A stretch of DNA of 53,709 nucleotides from Eledone cirrhosa (taxonomy: Eukaryota). The stretch is from the NCBI GenBank assembly GCA_964016885.1, contig CAXHJY010001260.1, positions 1-53,709 of the forward strand, in the 5' to 3' direction. A program made the translations under genes and the position numbers. This document shows, in pieces, positions 11,761 through 25,767 of the stretch (positions are counted from its first letter, which is position 1; each line of letters begins with the position of its first letter). The notes beneath the pieces are model-generated. The model saw only the letters and a program-made list of their open reading frames with translations, did no database searches and was not told the DNA's origin.

Positions 11761-14710
11761 ATTGAAGAATGACAGAATGGTATAGAGGAATGGAGGGAAT
11801 TTAAGAATGACAGAATGGTATAGAGGAATGGAGGGAATTTAAGAATGACAGAATGGTATAGAGGAATGGAGGGAATTTAAGAATGACAGAATGGTATAGA
11901 GGAATGGAGGGAATTTAAGAATGACAGAATGGTATAGAGGAATGGAGGGAATTTAAGAATGACAGAATGGTATAGAGGAATGGAGGGAATTGAAGAATGA
12001 CAGAATGGTATAGAGGAATGGAGGGAATTGAAGAATGACAGAATGGTATAGAAGAATGGAGGGAATTGAAGAATGACAGGATGGTATAGAAGAATGGAGG
12101 GAATTGAAGAATGACAGAATGGTATCAAAGAATGGAGGGAATTGAAGAATGACAGAATGGTATAGAGGAATGGAGGGAATTGAAGAATGACAGAATGGTA
12201 TCGAAGAATGGAGGGAATTGAAGAATGACAGAATGGTATAGAGGAATGGCGGGAATTGAAGAATGACAGAATGGTATAGAGGAATGGAGGGAATTGAAGA
12301 ATGACAGAATGGTATAGAGGAATGGAGGGAATTGAAGAATGACAGAATGGTATAGAGGAATGGAGGGAATTGAAGAATGACAGAATGGTATAGAGGAATG
12401 GAGGGAATTGAAGAATGACAGAATAGTATAGAAGAATGGAGGGAATTGAAGAATGACAGAATGGTATAGAGGAATGGCGGGAATTGAAGAATGACAGAAT
12501 GGTATAGAGGAATGGAGGGAATTGAAGAATGACAGAATGGTATAGAGGAATGGAGGGAATTGAAGAATGACAGAATGGTATAGAAGAATGGAGGGAATTG
12601 AAGAATGACAGGACGGTATAGAAGAATGGAGGGAATTGAAGAATGACAGAATGGTATGGAGGGAATTGAAGAATGACAGAATGTTATCGAAGAATGGAGG
12701 GAATTGAAGAATGACAGAATGGTATAGAAGAATGGAGGGAATTGAAGAATGACAGAATGGTATAGAGGAATGGAGGGATTTGAAGAATGACAGAATGGTA
12801 TAGAAGAATGGAGGGAATTGAAGAATGACAGGATGGTATAGAAGAATGGAGGGAATTGAAGAATGACAGAATGGTATCGAAGAATGGAGGGAATTGAAGA
12901 ATGACAGAATGGTATAGAGGAATGGAGGGAATTAAAGAATGACAGAATGGTATAGAGGAATGGCGGGAATTGAAGAATGACAGAATGGTATAGAGGAATG
13001 GAGGGAATTGAAGAATGACAGAATGGTATAGAGGAATGGAGGGAATTGAAGAATGACAGAATGGTATAGAAGAATGGAGGGAATTGAAGAATAACAGAAT
13101 GGTATAGAAGAATGGAGGGAATTGAAGAATGACAGAATGGTATCGAAGAATGGAGGGAATTGAAGAATGACAGAATGGTATAGAGGAATGGCGGGAATTG
13201 AAGAATGACAGAATGGTATAGAGGAATGGAGGGAATTGAAGAATGACAGAATGGTATAGAGGAATGGAGGGAATTGAAGAATAACAGAATGGTATAGAAG
13301 AATGGAGGGAATTGAAGAATGACAGAATGGTATCGAAGAATGGAGGGAATTGAAGAATGACAGAATGGTATCGAAGAATGGAGGGAATTGAAGAATGACA
13401 GAATGGTATAGAGGAATGGCGGGAATTGAAGAATGACAGAATGGTATAGAGGAATGGAGGGAATTGAAGAATGATAGAATGGTATAGAAGAATGGAGGGA
13501 ATTGAAGAATGACTGAATGGTATAGAGGAATGGAGGGAATTGAAGAATGACAGAATAGTATAGAATGGAGGGAATTGAAGAATGACAGAATGGTATAGAA
13601 GAATGGAGGGAATTGAAGAATGACAGAGTGGTATAGAAGAATGGAGGGAATGACAGAATGATATAGAGGAATGGAGGGAATTGAAGAATGACAGAATGGT
13701 ATAGAAGAATGGAGGGAATTGAAGAATGACGGAATGGTATAGAGGAATGGAGGGAATTGAAGAATGACAGAATGGTATAGAGGAATGAAGGGAATTGAAA
13801 AATGACAGAATGGTATAGAAGAATGGAGGGAATTGAAGAATGATAGAATGGTATAGAAGAATGGAGGGATTTGAAGAATGACTGAATGGTATAGAGGAAT
13901 GGAGGGAATTGAAGAATGACAGAATAGTATAGAATGGAGGGAATTGAAGAATGACAGAATGGTATAGAAGAATGGAGGGAATTGAAGAATGACAGAGTGG
14001 TATAGAAGAATGGAGGGAATGACAGAATGATATAGAGGAATGGAGGGAATTGAAGAATGACAGAATGGTATAGAAGAATGGAGGGAATTGAAGAATGACG
14101 GAATGGTATAGAGGAATGGAGGGAATTGAAGAATGACAGAATGGTATAGAGGAATGAAGGGAATTGAAAAATGACAGAATGGTATAGAAGAATGGAGGGA
14201 ATTGAAGAATGATAGAATGGTATAGAAGAATGGAGGGATTTGAAGAATGACAGAATGGTATAGAGGAATGGAGGGAATTGAAGAATGACAGAATGGTATA
14301 GATATATGGAGGGAATTGAAGAATGACAGAATGGTATGGTTATATGGAGGGAATTGAAGAATGACAGAATGGTATAGAAGAATGGATGGAATTGAAGAAT
14401 GACGGAATGGTATAGAAGAATGGAGGGAATTGAAGAATGACAGAATGGTATAGAAGAATGGAGGGAATTGAAGAATGACAGAATGGTATAGATATATGGA
14501 GGGAATTGAAGAATGACAGAATGGTATGGTTATATGGTGGGAATTGAAGAATGACAGAATGGTATAGAAGAATGGAGGGAATTGAAGAATGACGGAATGG
14601 TATAGAGGAATGGAAGGAATGAAGAATGACAGAATGGTATAGAGGAATGGAAGGAATGAAGAATGACAGAATGGTATAGAAGAATGGAGGGAATTGAAGA
14701 ATGACAGAAT
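11761..14710. repeat. 38-bp purine-rich satellite ATTGAAGAATGACAGAATGGTATAGARGAATGGAGGGA (~75 copies)
   Basis: Directly visible; explains ORFs 11877..12128 and 12932..14803. Confidence 0.97.
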
Positions 14711-14859
14711 TTGGAGAAGGATTGAAACAATTGGAAAAGAAACTAGAATTGTTGACAAGAAAAAAGAACACATGAGGGGGGAGGAGGAGAGGGAGGGAGA
14801 CAAAGGGGCGTAGGGGAGAATGAGGAAGAAAAGAAGGGGAGAAATGAGGAGGTAACTGG

Positions 14860-15323
14860 CACAACTACCACCACCATTAACACCACAACCAACACCACAC
14901 CACCATTAACACCACCACCACCATCACCACCACCACCACCGTAACACCACCACCACAACACCACCAACCAACACCACAACTACACCACCACCACTACACC
15001 AACAACACCACCACCAACAACACCACCACCACCACCAACAACACCACCACCACCAACAACACCACCACCACCACCAACAACACCACCACCAACACCACCA
15101 CCACAATACCACCACCACCACCAACACCACCACCACAACACCACCACACCACCACCAACAACAACACCACCACCAACACCAACACCACCACACCACCACC
15201 AACAACAACACCACCAACAACACCACCAACAACACCACCACCACAACAACAACAACAACCACCACAACAACACCACCACCACCACAACACCACCACCACC
15301 AACACCACCACCACAACACCAAC
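14860..15323. repeat. (CCA/CAA)n low-complexity tract
   Basis: Directly visible. Confidence 0.93.
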
Positions 15324-15529
15324 ATATCAAGCTATTTAGGAACCCAACAAATTTGCTAGAAGGGAGTTTTCCATTGACAGTTGCTATGGCAACGCATCCT
15401 AGTAAGGTTCAGGTTTATCTTTCTTTTTCTCTCCCTCTCCTCTCTCTTGCTCCCCTCTCTCTCCATCTTTCTCTTACCCCTCTCTCCATCTCCCTCTTTC
15501 TCTTACCCCTCTCTTCCTCTCCTTTCTCT

Positions 15530-15870
15530 CTCTAGTCCCTCTCTCTAGCCCCCTCTCTCTAGCCCCCTCTCTCTAGCCCCCTCTCTCTAGCCCCCTCTCT
15601 CTAGCCCCCTCTCTCTAGCCCCCCTCTCTCTAGCCCCCTCTCTCTAGCCCCCCTCTCTCTAGCCCCCCTCTCTAGCCCCCTCTCTCTAGCCCCTCTCTCT
15701 CTACTCCCCTCTCTCTCTAGCCCCTTTCTCTCTAGCCCCTCTCTCCCTCTCCTTCTTTCTCTCTCTAGCCCCTCTCTCTAGCACCCCCCTCACCCCTCTC
15801 TAGCGCCCCTCCCTCCCTCTCTAGCCCCCTCTCTCTCTAGCCTTCTCTCTCTCTCTCTCCAGCCCCTCTC
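15530..15870. repeat. CTCTCTAGCCCC-type minisatellite (~15-bp unit)
   Basis: Directly visible. Confidence 0.88.
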
Positions 15871-15980
15871 TCTTTCCATGTATCTATCTGTACACCCCTC
15901 TCTTCTCTCTCTGCTGTCCTTTCTCCTCTTTTACTCCTCTCTACTTCTCAGTCTCTAAACCTCTCTATCCTCTACCTCTT

Positions 15981-16172
15981 CTCCATCTCTGTCCCTCCCC
16001 CTCTCCATCTCTGTCCCTCCCCCTCTCCATCTCTGTCCCTCCCCCTCTCCATCTCTGTCCCTCCCCCTCTCCATCTCTGTCCCTCCCCCTCTTCTCCATC
16101 TCTGTCCCTCCCCCTCTCCATCTCTGTCCCTCCCCCTCTTCTCCATCTCTGTCCCTCCCCCTCTCTCTGTCC
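15981..16172. repeat. 22-bp pyrimidine minisatellite CTCCATCTCTGTCCCTCCCCCT
   Basis: Units at 15981, 16003 and onward. Confidence 0.88.
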
Positions 16173-16246
16173 CCTACTCTCTCTACTCTTTCTGACCTAT
16201 GGGTGAGTGAGAGGAGGAAAATACAAAAAGCAAACAACTATATGTT

Positions 16247-18161
16247 CATCACAATCATCACCACCTACTCCACCATCACCACCACCTACTCCACCATCAC
16301 CACCACCTACTCCACCATCACCACCACCACCTACTCCACCATCACCATTACCATCATCACAACCACCACCTACTCCACCATCACCACCACCTACTCCACC
16401 ATCACCACCACCTACTCCACCATCACCACCACCACCTACTCCACCATCACCATTACCATCATCACAACCACCACCTACTCCACCATCACCACCGCCTACT
16501 CCACCATCACCACCGCCTACTCCACCATCACCACCACCTACTCCACCACCACCTACTCCACCATCACCATTACCATCATCACGACCACCACCATCACCAT
16601 CATCACCACCATCATCACGACCACCATCACCATCATCACCACCACCATCATCACGACCACCACCACCATCATCATCATCATCACGACCACCACCATCACC
16701 ATCATCATCATCACCATGACCACCATCACCACCACCACCATCATCACCACCACCACCATCATCACCACCACCACCATCAGCATCATCACCACTACCACCA
16801 CCATCATCACCACCATCACCATCATCACCACCATCACCATCATCACCATCACCACCATCATCACCATCACCACCATCATCAGCATCAACATGACCACAAG
16901 CATCAGCATCACCACCACCACCACCATCATCACGACCGCCACCATCATCATCACGACCACCATCACCACCCACACCACCATCACCACCACCACCACCATC
17001 ATCACCACTACTGCCATCATCACGACCACCACCATCATCACCATCATCACGACCACCACCATCATCACCACCACCGCCATCACCACCATCACAACCACCA
17101 CCACCACCATCATCACGACCATCACCATCATCATCATCACCACCACCGCCATCACCACCATCACAACCACCACCACCACCATCATCACGACCACCACCAT
17201 CAGCATCATCAACATGACCACCACCACCATCAGCATCATCATCACGACCACCACCATGACCATGACCATCACCACCACCACCATCACCACCACCACCATC
17301 ACCACCACCACCATCACCACCACCACCATCACCACCACCACCATCATCACCATCAGCATCATCATCACGACCACCACCATCACCATCATCACCACCACCA
17401 CCACCACCATCACCATGACCACCACCATCATCACCACCACCACCACCATCACCATCATCACGACCATCACCATCAGCATCATCAACATGACCACCACCAC
17501 CATCAGCATCAACATGACCATCACGACCACGACCACCACCACCATCATCACGACCACCACCATCATCACCACCACCACCACCACCATCAGCACCACCACC
17601 ACCACCATCAGCATCACAACCACCACCATCATCACCATCATCACCATCACCATCACCACCATCATCACCACCACCATCATCACGACCACCACCATCAGCA
17701 TCATCAACATGACCACCACCACCATCAGCATCATCATCACGACCACCACCATGACCATGACCATCACCACCACCACCATGACCACCACCATCACCATCAT
17801 CACCATCACAACCACCATCACCACCACCACCATCATCACCACCATCACCATCAGCATCATCATCGCGACCACCACCATCAGCATCATCACCATCACCATC
17901 ACCACCATCATCGCGACCATCACCATCACGACCACCACCATCACCATCACGACCATCACCATAACCACCATCATCACCATCATCACGACCACCACCATCA
18001 TCACCACCACCACCACCACCATCAGCACCACCACCACCATCACCATCATCACAACCACCACCATCATCACCACCATCACCATCACCACGACCACCACCAC
18101 CACCATCAGCATCATCAACATGACCACCACCGCCATCAGCATCATCATCACGACCACCACC

Positions 18162-18192
<31 letters not shown>

Positions 18193-18232
18193 CCCTTACA
18201 ATCATCATCACTACCCACCTTCATCATCACAT
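16247..18232. repeat. ~2 kb cryptic trinucleotide repeat (ACC/ATC/ACG mix)
   Basis: Directly visible; gives stop-free low-complexity ORFs in several frames on both strands. Confidence 0.93.
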
Positions 18233-18445
18233 CACATTTCAATATATTGAAATGTGACCTACAATGACCTTCATTTTGCCCTCCAGGGCTCGACCTTTCA
18301 ACAGACGAGGCATTGCTTCCTCTTATACACGTCGTACAGAAATATATTCCCTCTTCTTGAATGTTGCTCTATAATAACTGGTTGTAATGCTGAAACAATT
18401 GAAAAACAATAAAACATTTTTTTTTATTGTATAAATATATATATA

Positions 18446-18803
18446 TCATCATCATCATTTTATGTCCACTTCTCCCTGCTTGCAAGGGTGGGGCGGGTCC
18501 TATTCAGCACAGCATCTCTCCACTTGTCACGGTCCTTCGTCATCTCCTCCGTGAGCTTCAGCGATCTCCAAGGTCTGCACTCACCACCTCCGCCCAGTCT
18601 TCTATCGCAGTCTTCTCTCCCGCACACTACAGCCTATCCCTCTTATACACAGTTTCTCTCTCAACTCGTCTGTGCTTGGTTGTTCACGCACATTGACATT
18701 GCACATTCAACGGAGCATGCTTGCTTAATTTCTCTCCAGCTGTCGCATATCCTACGCAGTTGCTGCCCATGTCTCACTACCATGCAGTATCGCGCATCTC
18801 ACA
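18446..18803 (-). mobile_element. Degraded RTE-A-like 3' end with internal deletions
   Basis: Reverse-complement similarity to 2495-2948, including the (GAT)n tail. Confidence 0.8.
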
Positions 18804-19309
18804 CAGTATATATACTTATAGTAAACATGTTGACTAAACTGGATTACATATGCAATGCATCAATCTGTAAACGATGATGCAATTTGGTTCAAGCACTCAA
18901 CGTGATGTTTTTTCTTCCAAATATGAATGACGGAGTATAATTAAAATAAGGAAAATGTGAAGTTCGGTGTAGATGTTAAAGAGAACTTTAACTAAGCGGT
19001 GATACATATTTCAATGAGAATCGTGGCTACGTGATTGTTCAATGATGTAACCTCATTTGATGTGATGTGATCTCATCAGGCAAAATCATTATGTAATAAG
19101 GTTACGTTTCCAAGGTAATCCAATCTAAAACAGACAGATATGATGTTTTCATAGCCAAAGTCTGTTCATTTATATGTATACTAGCAGAATTGCCCGGCGT
19201 TGCTCAGGATTTGCTCTAGGGTTCTTATATATTTGATATATATTTATCTTTATCGAGCCTTGTGAAATAAACACGTTTGTTTATATTTTGTTATTGTGTA
19301 TGCAAACAT

Positions 19310-19812
19310 ATCTGTTCACTTCTTGTCCTAGGTAGATGTATTCCTCCACCTCCTCTATTCCATCACTGCCAACCACCATTCGACCTGTTGGTTCGTTGTC
19401 GGACTGCATGAACTTCGTTTTCATGCGGTTCATCTTGAAGCCTACTGCAGAGCTTTTGATGTTGAGCTCCGTCAGCATAGTCTCAAGCTGATCCGTGGTT
19501 TCAGCTTTGAGTACGATGCCATCAGCGACACGGAGGTGGGTAAGTATCTCGCCGTTGATGGTGACACCGCCTTGCCAGTCAATGCCTCTCATGATCTGCT
19601 CGAGACACGTGGTGAAAAGTTTTGGAGAGATCGTATCTCCTTGCTTCACTCCCCTCTCGACCGGCACTCGTACGGGTGATGACAGCAGAGCTATGTCGGT
19701 GGTGCATCTGGAATTCGCCTCCTTGAGCAGTTGAACGTATTGCGCCTCGATGCCTTGTGTCCACAGCGAGTTCAGCACTGCGTTGATTTCGACGCTGTCG
19801 AAGGCCTTCTCG
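19310..19812 (-). pseudogene. RTE-clade LINE family C RT fragment (no PHD insert)
   Basis: EKAFDSVE...RGVKQGDTISPKLF...THLRVADGIVL...EYIYLGQ, with decayed RT motif C. Confidence 0.88.
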
Positions 19813-20297
19813 TCACGGTCCTTCGTCATCTCCGCCATGAGCTTCAGCGATCTGAGGTCTGTTCTCACCACCTCCACCCATGTTTTTCGTGGTCTACCTC
19901 TACCACGTCTTCCTTCAACTGGCATTTCCTGGCACTTCTTCACCCATCGGTCATCCTCCATGTGCATCACATGTCCATACCACCTCAGTCTCCTCTCCCG
20001 TACACTACATTCTATCCCTCTCAGACACAGTTTCTCTCTCAATGCATTCATGCTGGGTCGTTCACGCACATTTACACTGCACATCCAACGGAGCATGCTT
20101 GCCTCATTTCTCTCCAGCCGTCGCATATCCTCTGTAGTTTCTGCCCATGTCTCACTACCATGCAGCATCGCGCTCCTCACACAGGCATCATATAACCGGC
20201 CTTTCGTACGCAGGGAGAAACCCTTCTTCGTCAGCAGAGGAAGCAGCTCCCTAAACTTCTTCCAACCCGTCCTTATTCTAGGTACTATGGCCTCGGA
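19808..20297 (-). pseudogene. RTE-A 3' ORF fragment
   Basis: Near-identical to 2370-2858 (SEAIVPRIRTGWKKFRELLP...DRDE). Confidence 0.92.
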
Positions 20298-20299
20298 TC

Positions 20300-21302
<1,003 letters not shown>

Positions 21303-21304
21303 AT

Positions 21305-21638
21305 GCACATGGCTTAGTGGTTAGAGCATTGGCCTTGCAATCGAAAGGTTGTGAGTTCTATTCTCAGACTGGGTGCTGTGTTGTTTCCTTGAGCAAGACA
21401 CTTTATTTCACATTGCTCCAGTTTACTCAGCTGTAGAAATGAGATGATAGGGACTGGGGTCCCTATCATTTCACTGCAAAGTGGTCGTGGAGGTGCCACG
21501 GCAAAAAGAAAAGCACCCAGCACTCACTGTAAATGAGGTTGGTGTTAGGAAGGGCATCCAGCTGTAGAACTCAAGTCAGAATCAGTTCCCGTTGCAACCT
21601 TGCAGGCAGGGAAAAGCGGACGTATGATGATGATGATG
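21305..21638 (+). mobile_element. SINE family A
   Basis: Full-length match to 10923-11247. Confidence 0.9.
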
Positions 21639-22302
21639 CACACACTTATATGTACACACATTTATCTCTAAAGATCTGTTGTCTTGTGCAACAACATGCA
21701 GTGTGTCTGGTGCAATGTGTAATACAGCAGGTGATAGAAGTGCATCTTAGTGCAGTGTTGCATCACAGTGCACACTGCTTTGTATGTGTGTGTGTATGCT
21801 TGGCTTTATAAACCTGTGTCTTTCTACATCTGTGTATGTGTATGTTTATATATGTGTGTTTATGTGTCTGTATTTTTATGTGTAAATATGTATGTGTTGC
21901 TGTGTATGTATGTGTATGTGTGTATATGTCTTTGTATTAGTGTATATATGTGTGTGTCTATCTATGTATGTGTGTGTGCAGGTATGTATGTGTGCAGTGG
22001 CAGACTGGCCAGGTTGTCAGGTTGCCCAATGGCAAGTGGTCCCCAGGGAGCCCACGCTAGCATTGCAGGGGCCCACTGTAGTATTTTAGGGGCCAATGAT
22101 TTGCTTTAAAAAAATATCTTTAAAAATTAGTCTAAGAGAAAGAATACATTTTTTAAAAATAAACAAGCAAAGCATTTGGTAAAACAATTCCCTAGGGAAT
22201 TAATAGAAACCAAAATATTTGATAGTGCTAACAGTTAGTCACTGCTAGAGTCACTGCTGACTGTATTCATTCATGCATGCACACATATATATATATATAT
22301 AT

Positions 22303-22414
22303 ATTAGGATTGGTGCTCTGAAATTGCGATGTATACATGAATGTATGTATAGTATATTTGGCAATATACCGTATGTTTAAGTATACATCACTACTTCAGA
22401 GCACCAATCCTAAT
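22303..22414. repeat. Inverted repeat whose loop is an inverted copy of 22655-22691
   Basis: ATTAGGATTGGTGCTCTGAA / TTCAGAGCACCAATCCTAAT arms; 22344-22380 is the reverse complement of 22655-22691. Confidence 0.85.
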
Positions 22415-22520
22415 TTTTAATTTTTGCTTGCTGAACTGGCAATCGCTCTGTATAATCAGCTCCTGATTATTACCGGAATTTTATAAGAATCCAGCCTCTA
22501 TAATTTTTGGCAAGGGCGGG

Positions 22521-22582
22521 GAGTACGATGCTCTGAGGATCGCCAACAGCGTGAAACAGAATCTGTCAGCTTCTCTTGCTTC
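22521..22582 (+). ncRNA. Type I hammerhead ribozyme candidate (GUC cleavage site)
   Basis: GATGCT-CTGAGGA-tCGC caaca GCGt-GAAA-CAG aat CTG-TC^AGCTTC; all three stems can form; U.U closes stem II. Confidence 0.7.
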
Positions 22583-22946
22583 TTTTGCTGATAAAAGAAG
22601 TGACATAGTCACTACTTTAAAAATGATAGCACAAGGTCTTCAAAATGTTTTTAATTAAACATACGGTATATTGCCAAATATACTATACATAGGTCGGATG
22701 GTGTTTATTCTCTCTTGCCTACGATTTCACAGAACTTATGTTCATCGATTTCAGGGACTTAACTCCTTCTTCCTCACTTTTCGTTGCATTACTATCTTTG
22801 TTTGTTTACTGTCTCGCTCGTTCCCCCGATTTACGTGTCCCAACGAATTTCTTTAGCCGTTGCTCGCACCAACCAGAGGCATATGGTCTTTAAAGTGATG
22901 AAATACCAATGAAGGTTGGAAGATCACTGATGAAGGACTAAATTTA

Positions 22947-22984
<38 letters not shown>

Positions 22985-22993
<9 letters not shown>

Positions 22994-23170
22994 TTACAAC
23001 AGCGACATAAACAGGTACTCTAGTTTCGTTGGGTGAAGAAATTGGGGCCCAGATACCAACAAAGCTTGGGCACCTGTTTATGTCACTGTTGTAATTATTT
23101 ATACTAAACTTGTCCTATGGACTGAGTGCTCTTACTCTTGGATATTTCCACTTAACTTTTACTCCAGTAT
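22985..23170 (+). mobile_element. Fold-back element (~47-bp imperfect arms) with TGAGTGCT-containing tail
   Basis: ATAAATAATTACAACAG...GTTGG / CCAAC...CTGTTGTAATTATTTAT, then a tail with ACTGAGTGCTC; flanked by TA repeats. Confidence 0.6.
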
Positions 23171-23702
23171 ATGTATGTATAAACAAATAGTAGAAAAGAG
23201 AAAGATTTTTTCAGTAGAAAATGTTGAAGATATTTTTTTCAGTGAAATATCAAAACATTAATTTATTTACAATACCGGGTTCAGCATTGTATGCATTATA
23301 TTCATTGTCAATTGCGGATATGCAGAATATTGTTAAGTTGCATATTTGTAATTCCTGCTAATAAGTGTGTTCTTTAATTCTTCTAGTCGTATGTAGCATG
23401 TGTATTTATCAGAGACTTGCAATCAGGGAAAAATGGATGTAAAATGATGATGATGATGATGTGCAGATCCTTTTGGCTAGGTTGTAAGGAATGCTCATTT
23501 CGGTGTGTCTAGGATGGCATGAGTTGAATGGAAGATACTGTTTGGAGTCTGCGGATTTATAGTATATGTGTATATATAATAGCTTATTTCAATGTTTCTT
23601 CTCATCCACTAACGAGACTGAGATTATATTGAAATCTCATTATATGAGTATTATTTTAGTTTAAGTGGCTGTTATGTAATATGGAGCTGGTGTATGGCTG
23701 AA

Positions 23703-24035
23703 GTGACATGGCCTAATGGTTAAGGTGTTGGACTTAGGACCATAATGTCGTGGGTTTGATTCCTGGACTGTGTTGTGTTCTTGAGCAAAACACTTTATTT
23801 CATGTTGCTCCAGTGGTTAAAGTGTTGGACTTAGGATCATAAGGTTGTCTGTTGTGTGTTGCTGGTACTCACTTTCAGCTGAGTATACTGGAGCAATGGG
23901 AAATGAAGTGTTTTGCTCAAGAACACAACACAGCTCTGTCCAAGAATCAAACCCAAGACATTATGATTATAACTCCAGCATCGTTACCACGAGAGTGACA
24001 TGAAATGAAGTATTTTGCTCAAGAATACAACACGC
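23703..24035. mobile_element. Old SINE-A-related 5' fragments in both orientations
   Basis: CATGGCCTAATGGTTAAGG...CTTGAGCAAAACACTTTATTTCA on +; reverse copies at ~23880-24035. Confidence 0.65.
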
Positions 24036-24056
24036 AACTCTGCAACATTATTATTG

Positions 24057-24248
24057 GACGGTGGTTTGGCAGCATCGGTAGAGCGTCAGACACCATGCTT
24101 TGCAGCATAGAGTTATGCCCCTTTATGGTGTGAGTTCAAATCCCGCTGAGGTTCACTTTGCCTTTCATCCTTACGGGGTTGATAAAATAAGGTACCAGTA
24201 ATGTACTGGGGTAATTGCTGGCCTTGTGCCAAAAGTGGAAACAATTAT
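24057..24248 (+). mobile_element. SINE family B
   Basis: GGTTTGGCAGCATCGGTAGAGCG...GAGTTCAAATCCC...Nin-like domain. Confidence 0.85.
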
Positions 24249-24471
24249 GATTGTAAGTCCAACCCCTTTACCACTAGGGTCACTCACCTCCACCATTTCC
24301 TCTGAAGCTCTCCAGCAATGTCCTGCAAATCTGATCCTATGCTTTTTGATAATATCTGATACTAGATGAAGGTTTCCATAGGGAATCAATGTAAGTTCTG
24401 TGTTGAGTATTGAGTTCTTTTCAGGTGTTCTATTAATTCTAAGTTTTGAAATATTTTACACATTAATGATT

Positions 24472-25410
24472 GGGTGAAGGAGTGACAGGAAATCCCAGTG
24501 AAAGGAAGCTGCTATAGAGGTAGACCGAGGAGGACCTGGGCAGAGGTGGTGAGAGCTGAAGGTTGGACAAAGATGAAGCAGCCATGCTTTGTTTGATGTG
24601 CAATGTAAATGTGAGAGAAAGGCAGAACTTGGGTGAGATGAGGGAGAAACTGGGTTTAAGAGGAATCCGAGGTGTTGTGCAAGAGAGAAGACTATGTTGG
24701 TATGAACATGTGATGCGCTTGGACGATGATTGCTGGGTGAAGGAGTGCTGGGAAATCCCAGTGGAAGGAAGCTGCTATAGAGGTAGACCGAGGAGGACCT
24801 GGGCAGAGGTGGTGAGAGCTGAAGGTTGGACAAAGATGAAGCAGCCGCGCTTTGTTTGATGTGCAATGTAAATGTGAGAGAAAGGCAGAACTTGGGTGAG
24901 ATGAGGGAGAAACTGGGTTTAAGAGGAATCCGAGGTGCTGTGCAAGAGAGAAGACTATGTTGGTATGAACATGTGATGCGCTTGGACGATGATTGCTGGG
25001 TGAAGGAGTGCTGGGAAATCCCAGTGGAAGGAAGCTGCTATAGAGGTAGACCGAGGAGGACCTGGGCAGAGGTGGTGAGAGCTGAAGGTTGAACAAAGAT
25101 GAAGCAGCCGCGCTTTGTTTGATGTGCAATGTAAATGTGAGAGAAAGGCAGAACTTGGGTGAGATGAGGGAGAAACTGGGTTTAAGAGGAATCCGAGGTG
25201 TTGTGCAAGAGAGAAGACTATGTTGGTATGAACATGTGATGCGCTTGGACGATGATTGCTGGGTGAAGGAGTGCTGGGAAATCCCAGTGGAAGGAAGCTC
25301 CAGTAGAGTTAGACCAGAGGTGGTGAAAACTCATCTCAGATCGCTGAGTCTCACAGGGGAGATGGAGAAAACCAGTAAGTGGAGAGATGCTGTGCTGAAA
25401 AGGACGCATG
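24472..25410 (+). pseudogene. Diverged RTE 3' ORF fragment amplified as a 263-bp tandem repeat (~3.5 copies)
   Basis: Repeated ORFs at 24563, 24826 and 25089 (RRLCWYEHVMR...RGRPRRTW). Confidence 0.88.
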
Positions 25411-25435
25411 CAACTCTAGTGTGGATAAACAGATA

Positions 25436-25630
25436 TAATAATTGTTTCTACTTTTGGCACAGGGCCAGCAAATTACCGAGGACATTACTGGTACTTTATT
25501 TTATCGACCCCGTAAGGATGAAAGGCGAAGTTGACCTCGGCGGGATTTAAACTCAGACCATAAAGGGCTGTAGCTCTATGCTGCAAAGCATGGCATCAGA
25601 CCCTCTACCGATTCTGCCAATCCACCGCCC
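25436..25630 (-). mobile_element. SINE family B
   Basis: Reverse complement of family B. Confidence 0.85.
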
Positions 25631-25767
25631 TTAAACAGATATAATAATAATGATGATGATGATGATGATGATACTCCATTAAATGGATTAACTTTTAAGA
25701 ACATCATTTTGCATGTCGGAGAGAGTCTGGCCCAGCCATTTGTTTGGCAGAGAAGAATTATAGTGAA

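Noticed and set aside
12932-14803. 623-aa ORF
   Set aside because: Translation of the 38-bp satellite cycling through three frames.
16197-18257. Long Gly/Asp-, Thr/Ile- or Val/Met-rich ORFs as a mucin-like or structural protein gene
   Set aside because: Several frames on both strands are open only because ACC/ATC repeats lack stops; no unique domain or gene structure.
21996-22260. hAT-like MITE starting CAGTGGCAGACTGGCC
   Set aside because: No convincing matching right TIR or TSD.
22927-22950. Hammerhead at CTGATGAAGGAC (also 30256-30262 minus and 19070-19080 minus)
   Set aside because: No stem II followed by GAAA and no NUH/stem I partner.
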